Part shown: in pieces, positions 10,051 through 18,718 of the stretch
How positions within the stretch are numbered: the stretch's first letter is position 1
Layout: each line of letters starts with the position of its first letter
DNA from: Nitrosopumilus sp.
GTDB taxonomy: Archaea > Thermoproteota > Nitrososphaeria > Nitrososphaerales > Nitrosopumilaceae
Assembly (NCBI GenBank): GCA_965238275.1
Contig: OZ250186.1
Span: 544,001 to 608,000 of the forward strand
DNA: 64,000 nt
Direction: 5' to 3'
Program-made: the position numbers and the translations under genes
The notes under the pieces: generated by a model
Databases searched by the model: none
Seen by the model: the letters and a program-made list of their open reading frames with translations, nothing else
What the model was told of the DNA's origin: nothing

Positions 10051-10524
10051 CGCAAAGAACAGGATTGCCACCGACAGGACGACAGTAATCTCGCCAAGAA
10101 TGATGATCTTCTTTCTGAGTTTTTGAATCTGCACGTCGGATAACTGCCCGGACATGATCTTCTTTTCCACATCCCCGCGTATTATCCGTACATGTATGAC
10201 ATACGTGATTACCAGTGCAGCCACCAGAATAATCTTGACTATAAGGAACGTGCCATAGCTTGTAGCTACAAGAAGTTCAGGCCGGCCCAGCAGGGCGTGT
10301 GAACTGTACAGTCCTGTTGCCATCAGAATTACCAGCGAGGGGACCGCTATCATGTTGAACCGCCTTCCAACACGGATCATGATCTGCATTCTCTCCTCCA
10401 CGGATTCTGCTATTGTCTTTAAAAGCGGGGAGAATACGACCCCGATGAAGATCGAGCCACCCACCCATATTGCAGCAGAGACGAGATGAATCCACGTAAG
10501 AATTGCCTGTTCAAGTGCAGCCAT
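10027..10524 (-). CDS. CopD-like membrane protein
   Basis: WIHLVSAAIWVGG motif and four hydrophobic helices. Confidence 0.7.
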   Translation of the reverse strand: MAALEQAILTWIHLVSAAIWVGGSIFIGVVFSPLLKTIAESVEERMQIMIRVGRRFNMIAVPSLVILMATGLYSSHALLGRPELLVATSYGTFLIVKIILVAALVITYVIHVRIIRGDVEKKIMSGQLSDVQIQKLRKKIIILGEITVVLSVAILFFASLLDAGV

Positions 10525-10575
10525 GGACTACAATGAAAAGGGATCAAATATTAGGTATTTGGGTAATCCGCCGAA

Positions 10576-13377
10576 CTAGTTGCGGCGGCTTATCCTTTTG
10601 CGGACCGTGTGGACTGCCAGGATTGGTCCTGCCACGTAGACTCCTCCGATGGCTGCAATCGAGAGCATGCCAAAGACCAGCACCGATACCTCAGAGCCTG
10701 GGTCTGCAAGCGTCATGATGTTCATGGTGTACAGTCCCGGTGTTATCAGTGCCCTTACGGCATCCCTGAACATTGGGTTATCCCTTTCAAGGTCTGCAAT
10801 TGCAGGCGAGAAGGAGTAGTAGACCTGGTTGAATCCTGTCATGAATGATGTTCCGGATTCCGTGGAGAGTAGTGAACTGTCCCTGATTTCACGGAGGAAC
10901 TGTACCTGTGGTGCAAGCTCGCTGCCGTATGCTGCAGTCGCAATCAGGCATCCGCCGGGTGGTTCAACTGGTTCAACTGGTTCAACTGGTTCAACTGGTT
11001 CAACTGGTTCAACTGGTTCAACTGAGTTACTAGAGGCAAAGTACACGCCGAGCTGCGTCCACTGGCCGTCTAAAATCGTCCATACGTCATAGTTTACCTG
11101 GGCCAGGTCGCCGGCAGCGTTGAGCCTTGTGGAGCCAAGTGCGCCACTGTGCTCTGCTGCAACCTCTGGGAATACGGCAGTCAGTTTGGTGACATCGGTG
11201 CTCTGTATGCGCTCCATGGAAAGGCCCAGGAGCCAGATTGCATCATATGCGGAGCTTGCATAGGTTCGTGGAGTCCTGCCAATGGCCTCCTCGACTGCCT
11301 CCTCTACCTGCTTGCTGGCATCGTTCTTGCCTGATGCGACTTGGAGTGTCGTAAACTCGGTATTGGTGGCAAATTCTAATGTGATTGGGTCGTCTATGAT
11401 GACCGTGTCCTTGGTGACAGCATCTGCGCCGAACCATCTGACCTTGTTTAGTATGTCATGGGATGCTGCGGACTGGAAGAGAATCTGTGTCTCGCCGAAG
11501 CCAAAGCTCGTGACGCCCACCTTGTCTGCGCCATACTCGTCTACGTATCCCCGAACTATCTCTGCCAGTAATGATGCCTCGCTTGAAAAGTCGGTAGCCT
11601 CGGGATTGTATGCTATTCCGTCATCTACTGTTCCTCCTGTTGCAGGGAATGCTTCACGTATGGCGCGTTCCAGTCCCACGCCCCATGCCTCGTCCCTCCA
11701 TATGGGAACGATCACCTCGATTCCTGCATCCTGGAGAAGACGGACCAGTGCGACTGCCTGGTTGGAGTCGTCAGGGGCCAGTCGGAATATGCTGTCGTCC
11801 CCGATTGCAAGGAGTGGTGACGTGGAGGAGGGACTGATTATCATAATGTTGTTAGAGTCTACATACCCCTTGATGTTCTGTATGTTGCCGCTGGACTGTG
11901 GGCCTATGACGTGCTTTATGCCCTTAGCGTTTAGTGCCTGCACCTTTTCAAGCGTCACCGTGGGCTGGGTCTGGGAATCCTCGGACACTACCGAAAGGAA
12001 CCAGCCTGCATCCTTTTCTGCAAGGTATGCGTTAAAGTGTTCCACTGCAAGCTCGTATCCGATCTTGTTCTCCTCTCCGGATCTGGCAAGTTTGCCCGTG
12101 AGCGGTATGATTGAGCCTATCTCGATCTCGCCGGACAGCTTCTCCTCCATTGCATCCATGGCAGCAGGCACGATGGAGTTGCTACCGGCATCATAAGTTC
12201 CAAGGAACGTCCACTCCTCATTTTCGATTGCCCATATGTCATAGTTTGCCTGTGCAAGATCCCCTGCGGAATTCAGGCTGACCAGGCCCAGTGCACCCCT
12301 ATGCTCATCTGCAACCCGGGGAATCGCTTCGGTCAGGGTATCAACATCGGTGCTATCAGTTGCCTCCATTGCAAGGCCCAAAAGCCATATTGCATCATAT
12401 GAGGCGCTTGCATATGCAGTAGGAGTGTTTCCAAGTATTGCAGCCACTGATTCATCCACATGCGCACTCTTGTCATTCTGGCCTGAGGCCACCACTACGG
12501 TGGTAAATGAGGTGTTGGTAGAGAATTCCAAGGCGAGCGGATCCGAGATGAATCTTGGATCCTTTGCGCTGGCATCTGCGCCAAACCATCTGATCTCGTT
12601 TAGTACTTCATGGTTCTGTGCCGACTGGAAGAACAGTACGGCCTCTCCAAATGCAATGTATACCACGCCCACATTCTCTGCGCCATTCTCATCAACAAGT
12701 CCCTGCACTGTGTCTGCCAAGATGGATGTCTCGGTTGAAAAGTCACTTGCTTCAGGGTTGTAGCCAAATCCTTCGACTATCGTTCCTCCCAGTGCGGGGA
12801 CTGACTCACGAAGTGCGTCCTGTAGTCCCACGCCCCATGCATCCTCCCTCCATATCGGAACGACCACATCGATTCCATTGCTCTCAAGCAGCTTTGCTAT
12901 TGCAACTGCCTGGTTGGTGTCGTCAGGGACTGTCCTGAAGATGCTGTCTCCCTCGATTGCAAGCAGTGGTGATGTGGAGCAACAACTGATGACCAGCATG
13001 TTGTTGGAGTCAACGTATCCCTTTACGTTCTGCAGGCTTCCGCTGGACTCTGGTCCTATCACATGCTGTATGCCCCTTGCATGGAGAGCCTGCATCTTTT
13101 CAAGGGCTACTGTTGGAAGCGTCTGGGAATCCTCGGTCGTCAGTGAGAGTGACCAGGTTGCTCCCTTTTCTGCAAGGTATGCGTTAAAGTCATCTATTGC
13201 AATCTGATGGGCAGCGTTGTTCTCTGCTCCAAAGTTTGACAGATCGCCGCTGATTGGCGCGATCGCGCCAATTTCAATCTCTCCTGACAGTTGGGCGGTT
13301 GCGGATTGAGAGAATGTACCTATTCCTAACATACTGATCGCGGTGACTGCAATAATTGCGTATAATTGTAATTTCAT
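10576..13377 (-). CDS. Substrate-binding protein with two tandem LivK-like domains and a CFI-box-CTERM anchor
   Basis: Signal peptide; repeated LSGEIEIG...EDSQT.PT...YDAIWLLGL domains; C-terminal GGCLIATAAYGSELAPQVQFLREIRD and a TM helix. Confidence 0.88.
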   Translation of the reverse strand: MKLQLYAIIAVTAISMLGIGTFSQSATAQLSGEIEIGAIAPISGDLSNFGAENNAAHQIAIDDFNAYLAEKGATWSLSLTTEDSQTLPTVALEKMQALHARGIQHVIGPESSGSLQNVKGYVDSNNMLVISCCSTSPLLAIEGDSIFRTVPDDTNQAVAIAKLLESNGIDVVVPIWREDAWGVGLQDALRESVPALGGTIVEGFGYNPEASDFSTETSILADTVQGLVDENGAENVGVVYIAFGEAVLFFQSAQNHEVLNEIRWFGADASAKDPRFISDPLALEFSTNTSFTTVVVASGQNDKSAHVDESVAAILGNTPTAYASASYDAIWLLGLAMEATDSTDVDTLTEAIPRVADEHRGALGLVSLNSAGDLAQANYDIWAIENEEWTFLGTYDAGSNSIVPAAMDAMEEKLSGEIEIGSIIPLTGKLARSGEENKIGYELAVEHFNAYLAEKDAGWFLSVVSEDSQTQPTVTLEKVQALNAKGIKHVIGPQSSGNIQNIKGYVDSNNIMIISPSSTSPLLAIGDDSIFRLAPDDSNQAVALVRLLQDAGIEVIVPIWRDEAWGVGLERAIREAFPATGGTVDDGIAYNPEATDFSSEASLLAEIVRGYVDEYGADKVGVTSFGFGETQILFQSAASHDILNKVRWFGADAVTKDTVIIDDPITLEFATNTEFTTLQVASGKNDASKQVEEAVEEAIGRTPRTYASSAYDAIWLLGLSMERIQSTDVTKLTAVFPEVAAEHSGALGSTRLNAAGDLAQVNYDVWTILDGQWTQLGVYFASSNSVEPVEPVEPVEPVEPVEPVEPPGGCLIATAAYGSELAPQVQFLREIRDSSLLSTESGTSFMTGFNQVYYSFSPAIADLERDNPMFRDAVRALITPGLYTMNIMTLADPGSEVSVLVFGMLSIAAIGGVYVAGPILAVHTVRKRISRRN
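10961..11023. repeat. 7 x 9-bp repeat ggttcaact encoding a (VEP)7 linker
   Basis: Seen directly. Confidence 0.97.
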
Positions 13378-13469
13378 TGTAAATCCTCAAACATATAGGT
13401 TAATAAGAATTTCTAACACATCAGTTAACGCAGAAGTAACAACAATTTAGTGCATGATTGGATAGAATG

Positions 13470-13974
13470 CCTATTCCAATACCCCGAAACCGGTCACGAA
13501 ACGCGAGGCGTCGTCCTCGTAGCACAGGAACCACCTGCCGTCGTCAAGCTACTTGTAGTCGGTGTGCCACATGGAATTGGAGTGCTCGCGCTCGTAGCGG
13601 ATCCACTTGGGCGCTGGCTCTTCTTTGGCTGGGTGTCTGCAAAACCGGCATCCTTCAATATTTTGTGCAGGGCGTTGTGTGGAATATGTATTCCGGAAAG
13701 TGACTTTATGATGCGCTCCAGGGACGCGGCCCCGAATACCTCGTTTGAGGCAGCCGAGAGGACCGCCGAATGATCCCGCCTGCCGGGCGCGCACTTTTTG
13801 GGCCTGCCCATGGGGGGCCGGATACGTAATCTTGTCCTTGTCCTTGTACCTCTTCTGCAGCTTTTGGACCCATCTGACCGAGACGCCCATGCTTGCTGCA
13901 ATCTCCTTGTTGTGGGCATTCTTGCGTTTTTGTTGGATGATCCATTCGACTTTGGCCTGGTCCAGTTTTTTCAT
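13470..13974 (-). pseudogene. IS481-like transposase pseudogene
   Basis: HTH start MKKLDQAKVEWII...VSVRWVQKL, then two frame switches to RYEREHSNSMWHTDYK*LDDGRWFLCYEDDASRFV; in-frame stop and truncated. Confidence 0.8.
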
Positions 13975-14186
13975 TACTCGCACTCTCCGTCTTCCTATAT
14001 GACGCCACGCGGCCGTGCGTCTCCACCGACGGGCCCACACACCGCCGTTTCCAGTAAGGGACAGGCTGACTGCATTTCTCAGGAATTTGGCACGCGATGC
14101 CATGCCGCCGATGATGTCTGTCATTGGGCGTGTCCACCCCGGGCTGGAGCCTCATGTGGGGGGTGAACGACTTTCGGGACTATACA

Positions 14187-14491
14187 GAAACTTTGTTGCG
14201 TTCTATTGTACCGAAACTAAGCATTTCGGAAACTTTGTTGCGTTCTATTGTACCGAAACTAAGCATTTCGGAAACTTTGTTGCGTTCTATTGTACCGAAA
14301 CTAAGCATTTCGGAAACTTTGTTGCGTTCTATTGTACCGAAACTAAGCATTTCGGAAACTTTGTTGCGTTCTATTGTACCGAAACTAAGCATTTCGGAAA
14401 CTTTGTTGCGTTCTATTGTACCGAAACTAAGCATTTCGGAAACTTTGTTGCGTTCTATTGTACCGAAACTAAGCATTTCGGAAACTTTGTT
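14187..14491. repeat. Perfect tandem array, 7 full 42-bp units plus 11 bp
   Basis: Unit gaaactttgttgcgttctattgtaccgaaactaagcatttcg, no unique spacers. Confidence 0.97.
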
Positions 14492-14537
14492 TTATGTCCT
14501 CAGTTCCATCCAAGTAATTTAAGCCGTGATTACTATT

Positions 14538-14755
14538 GTAAGTGTTTCGTTTTCACGTAGAGGCGGTTTGAATATTCTCCAGTCGGATCCCTGATGAGCG
14601 ATTCCACCGCGATGCGCGGTAGTATGCCTTGCTTGTGACAGGTGCGGACAACTGAGACTAATGCCGAAGAGACACGCATTCCCTCAGATACTGACAGCTT
14701 GTGCCGCACGTTCCTCTGCAGTACAACGGCATCGCGTATGTCCCGTTCTGCAGCC
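14538..14755 (-). mobile_element. IS66-family remnant (transposase C-terminus and candidate end)
   Basis: Minus-strand translation AAERDIRDAVVLQRNVRHKL...EGMRV..ALVSVVRTCHKQGI; GTAAGTG at 14538 matches the GTAA start of IS66 ends. Confidence 0.7.
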
Positions 14756-14899
14756 CGGATCTGTAGGCGTCATGATGTACATGTGTACATGGCACATGAT
14801 CAGACACCGGCACGTCTGACACGCGCCTCCTAGCGGAGCCTCCGCACAGCGTCTTGATCAGATCGACGGTGCTGCACTGTTGAGATGGTTTACCACAGT

Positions 14900-15020
14900 G
14901 TACTCCTATGCCTCTTGTACTGTTTCGCTTCCGCACGCTACCCTCTTGTTGTAGGCGCGCTGCTTCTTTGTCAGGCCGCCGGTCTTTTTGTCGGCTCCAC
15001 GCTTTTTGTGTGCCTGATTG
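14900..15020 (-). pseudogene. IS5-like transposase fragment
   Basis: HKKRGADKKTGGLTKKQRAYNKRVA...KQYKR resembles the segment before the catalytic Glu of DDE_Tnp_4 transposases. Confidence 0.45.
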
Positions 15021-15245
15021 CCATCCGCTGGTAGATCAGGGTGGTAATGATTCGTCCTATTAGGGTCTTGCACGCTGCCCGGAACGGTCTTGTCTGGACA
15101 ACGTAGTCGCTTGGAACACCATCAGTCGAGATGTACAGCGCCGTGCCTCTGACAGTGTGGAGTTGATATGCTCAGCCTTGTGTGCAGGTACGCGTGCCTC
15201 AACAGGATGCGCCTTTTTAGTTGTGCATGGCATGATACCATTGAA

Positions 15246-15740
15246 ATGGCACTCCAGAGCAAGATGACAGTGTATGCGGCACTAGTAGGTGTGTTTGCGC
15301 TGATGGGTGGAATCGTATATTATGCAAGTCTGGACAACGAGTCGCTGGAACAGGTCGAGATCAGGCTTGACAGTGTGGAGTTGATAGATGTGAACAACTT
15401 GAAGAACCAGGCAAAGCTTGACGTCGTCTTTCTTGTAAAGAATCCAAGCGAGAAGACGTTTACAGTCGCAGTTATAGGGTATCAGCTGTATAGCGATGGA
15501 AAGCAGCTGGGTTCGGGCCAGTACTCCGTGGTGGACATAGCACTGCCGGGAAGGGCCGTCTTTTATCCGGGTGCCGAGATTCCGTTGAAGAGCATCTTTG
15601 TCCTCTCAAAGTCCGATGTAGGTGCAGAGACGTATGAGGCAATAATAAACAATGAGATCGGCAGCTTTACTGTAGAGGGAATGATAACAACGCAGACCTC
15701 GTGGAGTACCATTGACAAAGAGTTCAGTACGGGAATCTGA
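15246..15740 (+). CDS. Membrane-anchored LEA type 2-like protein
   Basis: N-terminal TM helix; VKNPS...IGYQLYSDGKQLGSG pattern. Confidence 0.65.
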   Translation: MALQSKMTVYAALVGVFALMGGIVYYASLDNESLEQVEIRLDSVELIDVNNLKNQAKLDVVFLVKNPSEKTFTVAVIGYQLYSDGKQLGSGQYSVVDIALPGRAVFYPGAEIPLKSIFVLSKSDVGAETYEAIINNEIGSFTVEGMITTQTSWSTIDKEFSTGI

Positions 15741-15748
15741 GTGAAGAG

Positions 15749-15822
15749 TGGGCCGAGTGAGATTCGAACTCACGATCACCGCCGTGTCGAGGCGGTATCC
15801 TAACCAGCTAGACTACCGGCCC
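15749..15822 (-). tRNA. tRNA-Val(GAC)
   Basis: GGGCCGG acceptor stem, anticodon arm CCGCC-TCGACAC-GGCGG, T-loop TTCGAAT. Confidence 0.92.
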
Positions 15823-15884
15823 ATTGAAGTAAATGGCCGGACGATGACATTATTAACGTTTAACAGAACGGGGATGCGTTACAC

Positions 15885-16598
15885 TTGACAGGCGACTTTA
15901 CCGAGGAGGAGAAGAGGGGATTCTACAAGACCGTCTATTCCAGAAGGGATGTAAGATCCAGTTTTACGCCAGGGCCCATAAGCGACGAGATTCTCTCAAG
16001 GATACTCCATGCCGCACACCACGCCCCGTCGGTGGGATTCTCCCAGCCATGGAACTTTATCCTGATAAAGGACGCCGGGACAAAGAGACGGATCAAGGCA
16101 TCATTTGAAGAGGAGAGGGACAGATCGTCAGGGATGGTACAGGAGGGGCCCAGAAGGTCAAAGTATCTCTCATTGAAGCTGGAGGGAATCATCGAGTCCC
16201 CGGTAAACCTCTGCGTGACGTATGATCCTACAAAATTTGGCCCGTTTGTAATAGGAAGGACGAGCATTCCGGAGGCCGGGCTGTACAGCGTATGCTGTGC
16301 GATCCAGAACCTGTGGCTGGCTGCAAGGGTCGAGGGGATCGGAGTGGGCTGGGTCAGCATCCTGTCAAATCAGACGCTGAGAAGCGCCCTGGCACTGCCA
16401 GAGCATGTCGTGCCGGTTGCATACCTGTGCCTCGGGCATGTCAGCGACTTTGCACAGAGGCCGGATCTTGAGACTGCCGGCTGGCTGCCAAGGCTTGATC
16501 TAAAGGACGTGATATACTTTGAGAGATGGAACGACAGCAAGGGCGAGGGCTGGAACGGTATTCGGGAGATGATCAGGGACGGCGTGGATCGTATCTGA
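15885..16598 (+). CDS. bluB: 5,6-dimethylbenzimidazole synthase
   Basis: RRDVR, AAHHAPSVGFSQPWNF, LKLEGI, YSVCCAIQNLWLAARVEG.GVGWVS. Confidence 0.93.
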   Translation: MTGDFTEEEKRGFYKTVYSRRDVRSSFTPGPISDEILSRILHAAHHAPSVGFSQPWNFILIKDAGTKRRIKASFEEERDRSSGMVQEGPRRSKYLSLKLEGIIESPVNLCVTYDPTKFGPFVIGRTSIPEAGLYSVCCAIQNLWLAARVEGIGVGWVSILSNQTLRSALALPEHVVPVAYLCLGHVSDFAQRPDLETAGWLPRLDLKDVIYFERWNDSKGEGWNGIREMIRDGVDRI

Positions 16599-16603
16599 GA
16601 TTC

Positions 16604-18718
16604 TCACATCTCGACTATTACTGCCGCCCTTTCAGACTCTTCCAGATCCAGCCGTATTGCATCCATGATCTTCGAAGATGACGTAAGGCTGGAATAGTCA
16701 GAGAGTTTCAGATCGTTGAGGCAGAACACCTTGGGTGCAACCTCGGACCGCCTGGACTCCAGGAATTCATCAAGTTCCTCGATTACCGATATCCTTCCAC
16801 CCTGCATGATCCTGCCGTTCTCCAGGGTAAGCTTGGGTTTGCCGTACCTGTCCATCACCAGAATAAAGTGCCGGTTCTTTCTGCTGAAGAGCTTTCTGAC
16901 CTCCACATGGCCGGTAAAGACAAGGTAGTGATCAGTCTCATAACTCAGATCAATCAGATCCTCCGGGATCCCAATGACCTCGCTTGCCCTGATCCTTGCA
17001 TCATCTAGTGTGAAGATATTCTTTGATGTGTCTACACTATCCAGTTCCACATTTCCGACTGCGGTGACGCGCAGCAGCGCCTTTTCAGGTATGTACTGGC
17101 TGTTGATGACTACGGATTCTGGAACCGCGCCCTTGTCCACTAGCATGGCATGAATCTTCTTGGTCACCAGACCAATCTTTTCGGGGGTCGGATCATCCAT
17201 GGTCTGCTCTATCTCCTCCTGAAGCATGGAGGATGCAACGCCGATGGAGGAGATCACGTCGGCGTGATCGGCCTTTTCATAGGAGAGTCCCATCTGCTTT
17301 GCAACAAACGGAATCAGAACCGACGCGCCGCCGCCGCCGCCTATCAGCCGGACCGAGCTGTTCAGTTTGAACTCCTTCATGATCTTGGAGATGGTCTTTG
17401 TAATCTCAAAGGAGGCAGTCAGGATTATGGACATTGCCGCCTCATGGTATGGCACGCCCATGTGTTTTCCGAGTATTTTAAGGGCAGTCTTTGCAGATTC
17501 CTGGTTTCCAAAGGAATAGTCTCCTGCGTCGATCATCTCAAGGGCGTTTGCCGCGCACGTGTTTGTGATGGCGTATGTTCCGTTCCTGCATCTGACGGCC
17601 ACGTACTCCTCGGAGTCGTTTTCCCGGGGCTTTATTGAGACTATCTCCCCGGTCTTTAGGTCTTCGGGGTCTGCAAAGCAGGAGTATTTCAGGCCCGCGA
17701 TGTGGGCGCTTCTTGGCCCCACCTGGGAGACTCTGTTCTTGCTCAGGGAGACCATGCTGCCGCCGGCAACCCCCAGAATCCGCACATCCATGGAACGGAT
17801 GCATGTGGGATGGTTGTTCACTGTGACATAGCGGATCTCGGGTTTTCCGTTTCGGATTATGCAGATGTTCGTACTGGTGCCGCCGACCTCGACAAAGATG
17901 CCGTTTGTGACCTTGAGGTAGAGCAGGGCACCTGCGACGCTTGCAGCCGGGCCTGACAGGACTGTCAGGATGGGTTTTGTCCGAAACGTATCCATGCTGG
18001 TAACGCCGCCGTCTCCCTTCATTATCATCAGGGGCGCGGCAACGCCGATCTTTCTGATCGCCTCCTCGATGTAGTCTGCCACCTGGAATGTCCTTGGCAG
18101 GACGCTGGCATTTACTGCCGCAGTCAGGGTTCGGATCTCCAGACCGTAGACGCCGGAGAGTTCGTGTGAGCCTGTCGAGGGTATGCCGTGCTTGGAGGAG
18201 GTATTCATTACAAAGAGCTCGTTGGACGGATCGTCCACGCCAAAGGCCTCGGTTGCAACTATCACCTCGGCACCCCTTGATTTGAGCCGGTCAACGGAAC
18301 CTGCCACCTCGTCTTCGGTAATCAGGTGGGACGTGTCCAGAAACTCGTGGAATGTTGTAATGTTGCGGTTTGCATCTGACATGTTGCGAAGGTCTGTGCG
18401 CTTTATTACGTCCTTTTTTGAGGGGCCGACGCCCATTGCTATTATCCCCACACGGGAGGTGTCAGATTCCAGAAGGGCGTTTATGGCCTGCGTGGTGCTG
18501 TGCGAGATTAGCTCAATGTCGTTTATGTCGATTCTTGACTGTTTCAGAATGTCTGTAAGAACATGCACTATTCCCTCAGAGACGCCCCGCTCTGACCTGT
18601 GGGTGGTAGGAAGTGTGGATTTTGAGAGGATGGCGCCTGTCCGCACATCTATGGCTACTGCCTTGGTAAACGTTCCTCCCACGTCTATGCCAACGCGGAT
18701 TCTCTGTCTACTTGACAT
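16604..18718 (-). CDS. Hydantoinase/oxoprolinase family protein
   Basis: GIDVGGTFT, HSTT, LSGPAAS, EVGGTST motifs. Confidence 0.88.
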   Translation of the reverse strand: MSSRQRIRVGIDVGGTFTKAVAIDVRTGAILSKSTLPTTHRSERGVSEGIVHVLTDILKQSRIDINDIELISHSTTQAINALLESDTSRVGIIAMGVGPSKKDVIKRTDLRNMSDANRNITTFHEFLDTSHLITEDEVAGSVDRLKSRGAEVIVATEAFGVDDPSNELFVMNTSSKHGIPSTGSHELSGVYGLEIRTLTAAVNASVLPRTFQVADYIEEAIRKIGVAAPLMIMKGDGGVTSMDTFRTKPILTVLSGPAASVAGALLYLKVTNGIFVEVGGTSTNICIIRNGKPEIRYVTVNNHPTCIRSMDVRILGVAGGSMVSLSKNRVSQVGPRSAHIAGLKYSCFADPEDLKTGEIVSIKPRENDSEEYVAVRCRNGTYAITNTCAANALEMIDAGDYSFGNQESAKTALKILGKHMGVPYHEAAMSIILTASFEITKTISKIMKEFKLNSSVRLIGGGGGASVLIPFVAKQMGLSYEKADHADVISSIGVASSMLQEEIEQTMDDPTPEKIGLVTKKIHAMLVDKGAVPESVVINSQYIPEKALLRVTAVGNVELDSVDTSKNIFTLDDARIRASEVIGIPEDLIDLSYETDHYLVFTGHVEVRKLFSRKNRHFILVMDRYGKPKLTLENGRIMQGGRISVIEELDEFLESRRSEVAPKVFCLNDLKLSDYSSLTSSSKIMDAIRLDLEESERAAVIVEM

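Noticed and set aside
13600-13830. Programmed frameshifting in the IS481-like gene
   Set aside because: Two shifts plus an in-frame stop and truncation indicate decay
14187-14491. CRISPR array
   Set aside because: All units are identical with no unique spacers, and no cas genes are in the window
14015-14560. ORFs of 181, 132 and 98 aa across the 42-bp array
   Set aside because: Open frames are a by-product of a stop-free unit of length divisible by three; no independent coding evidence
13440-15822. Integrative element at tRNA-Val
   Set aside because: No integrase and no duplicated tRNA 3' end found; an ordinary gene lies between the tRNA and the IS cluster
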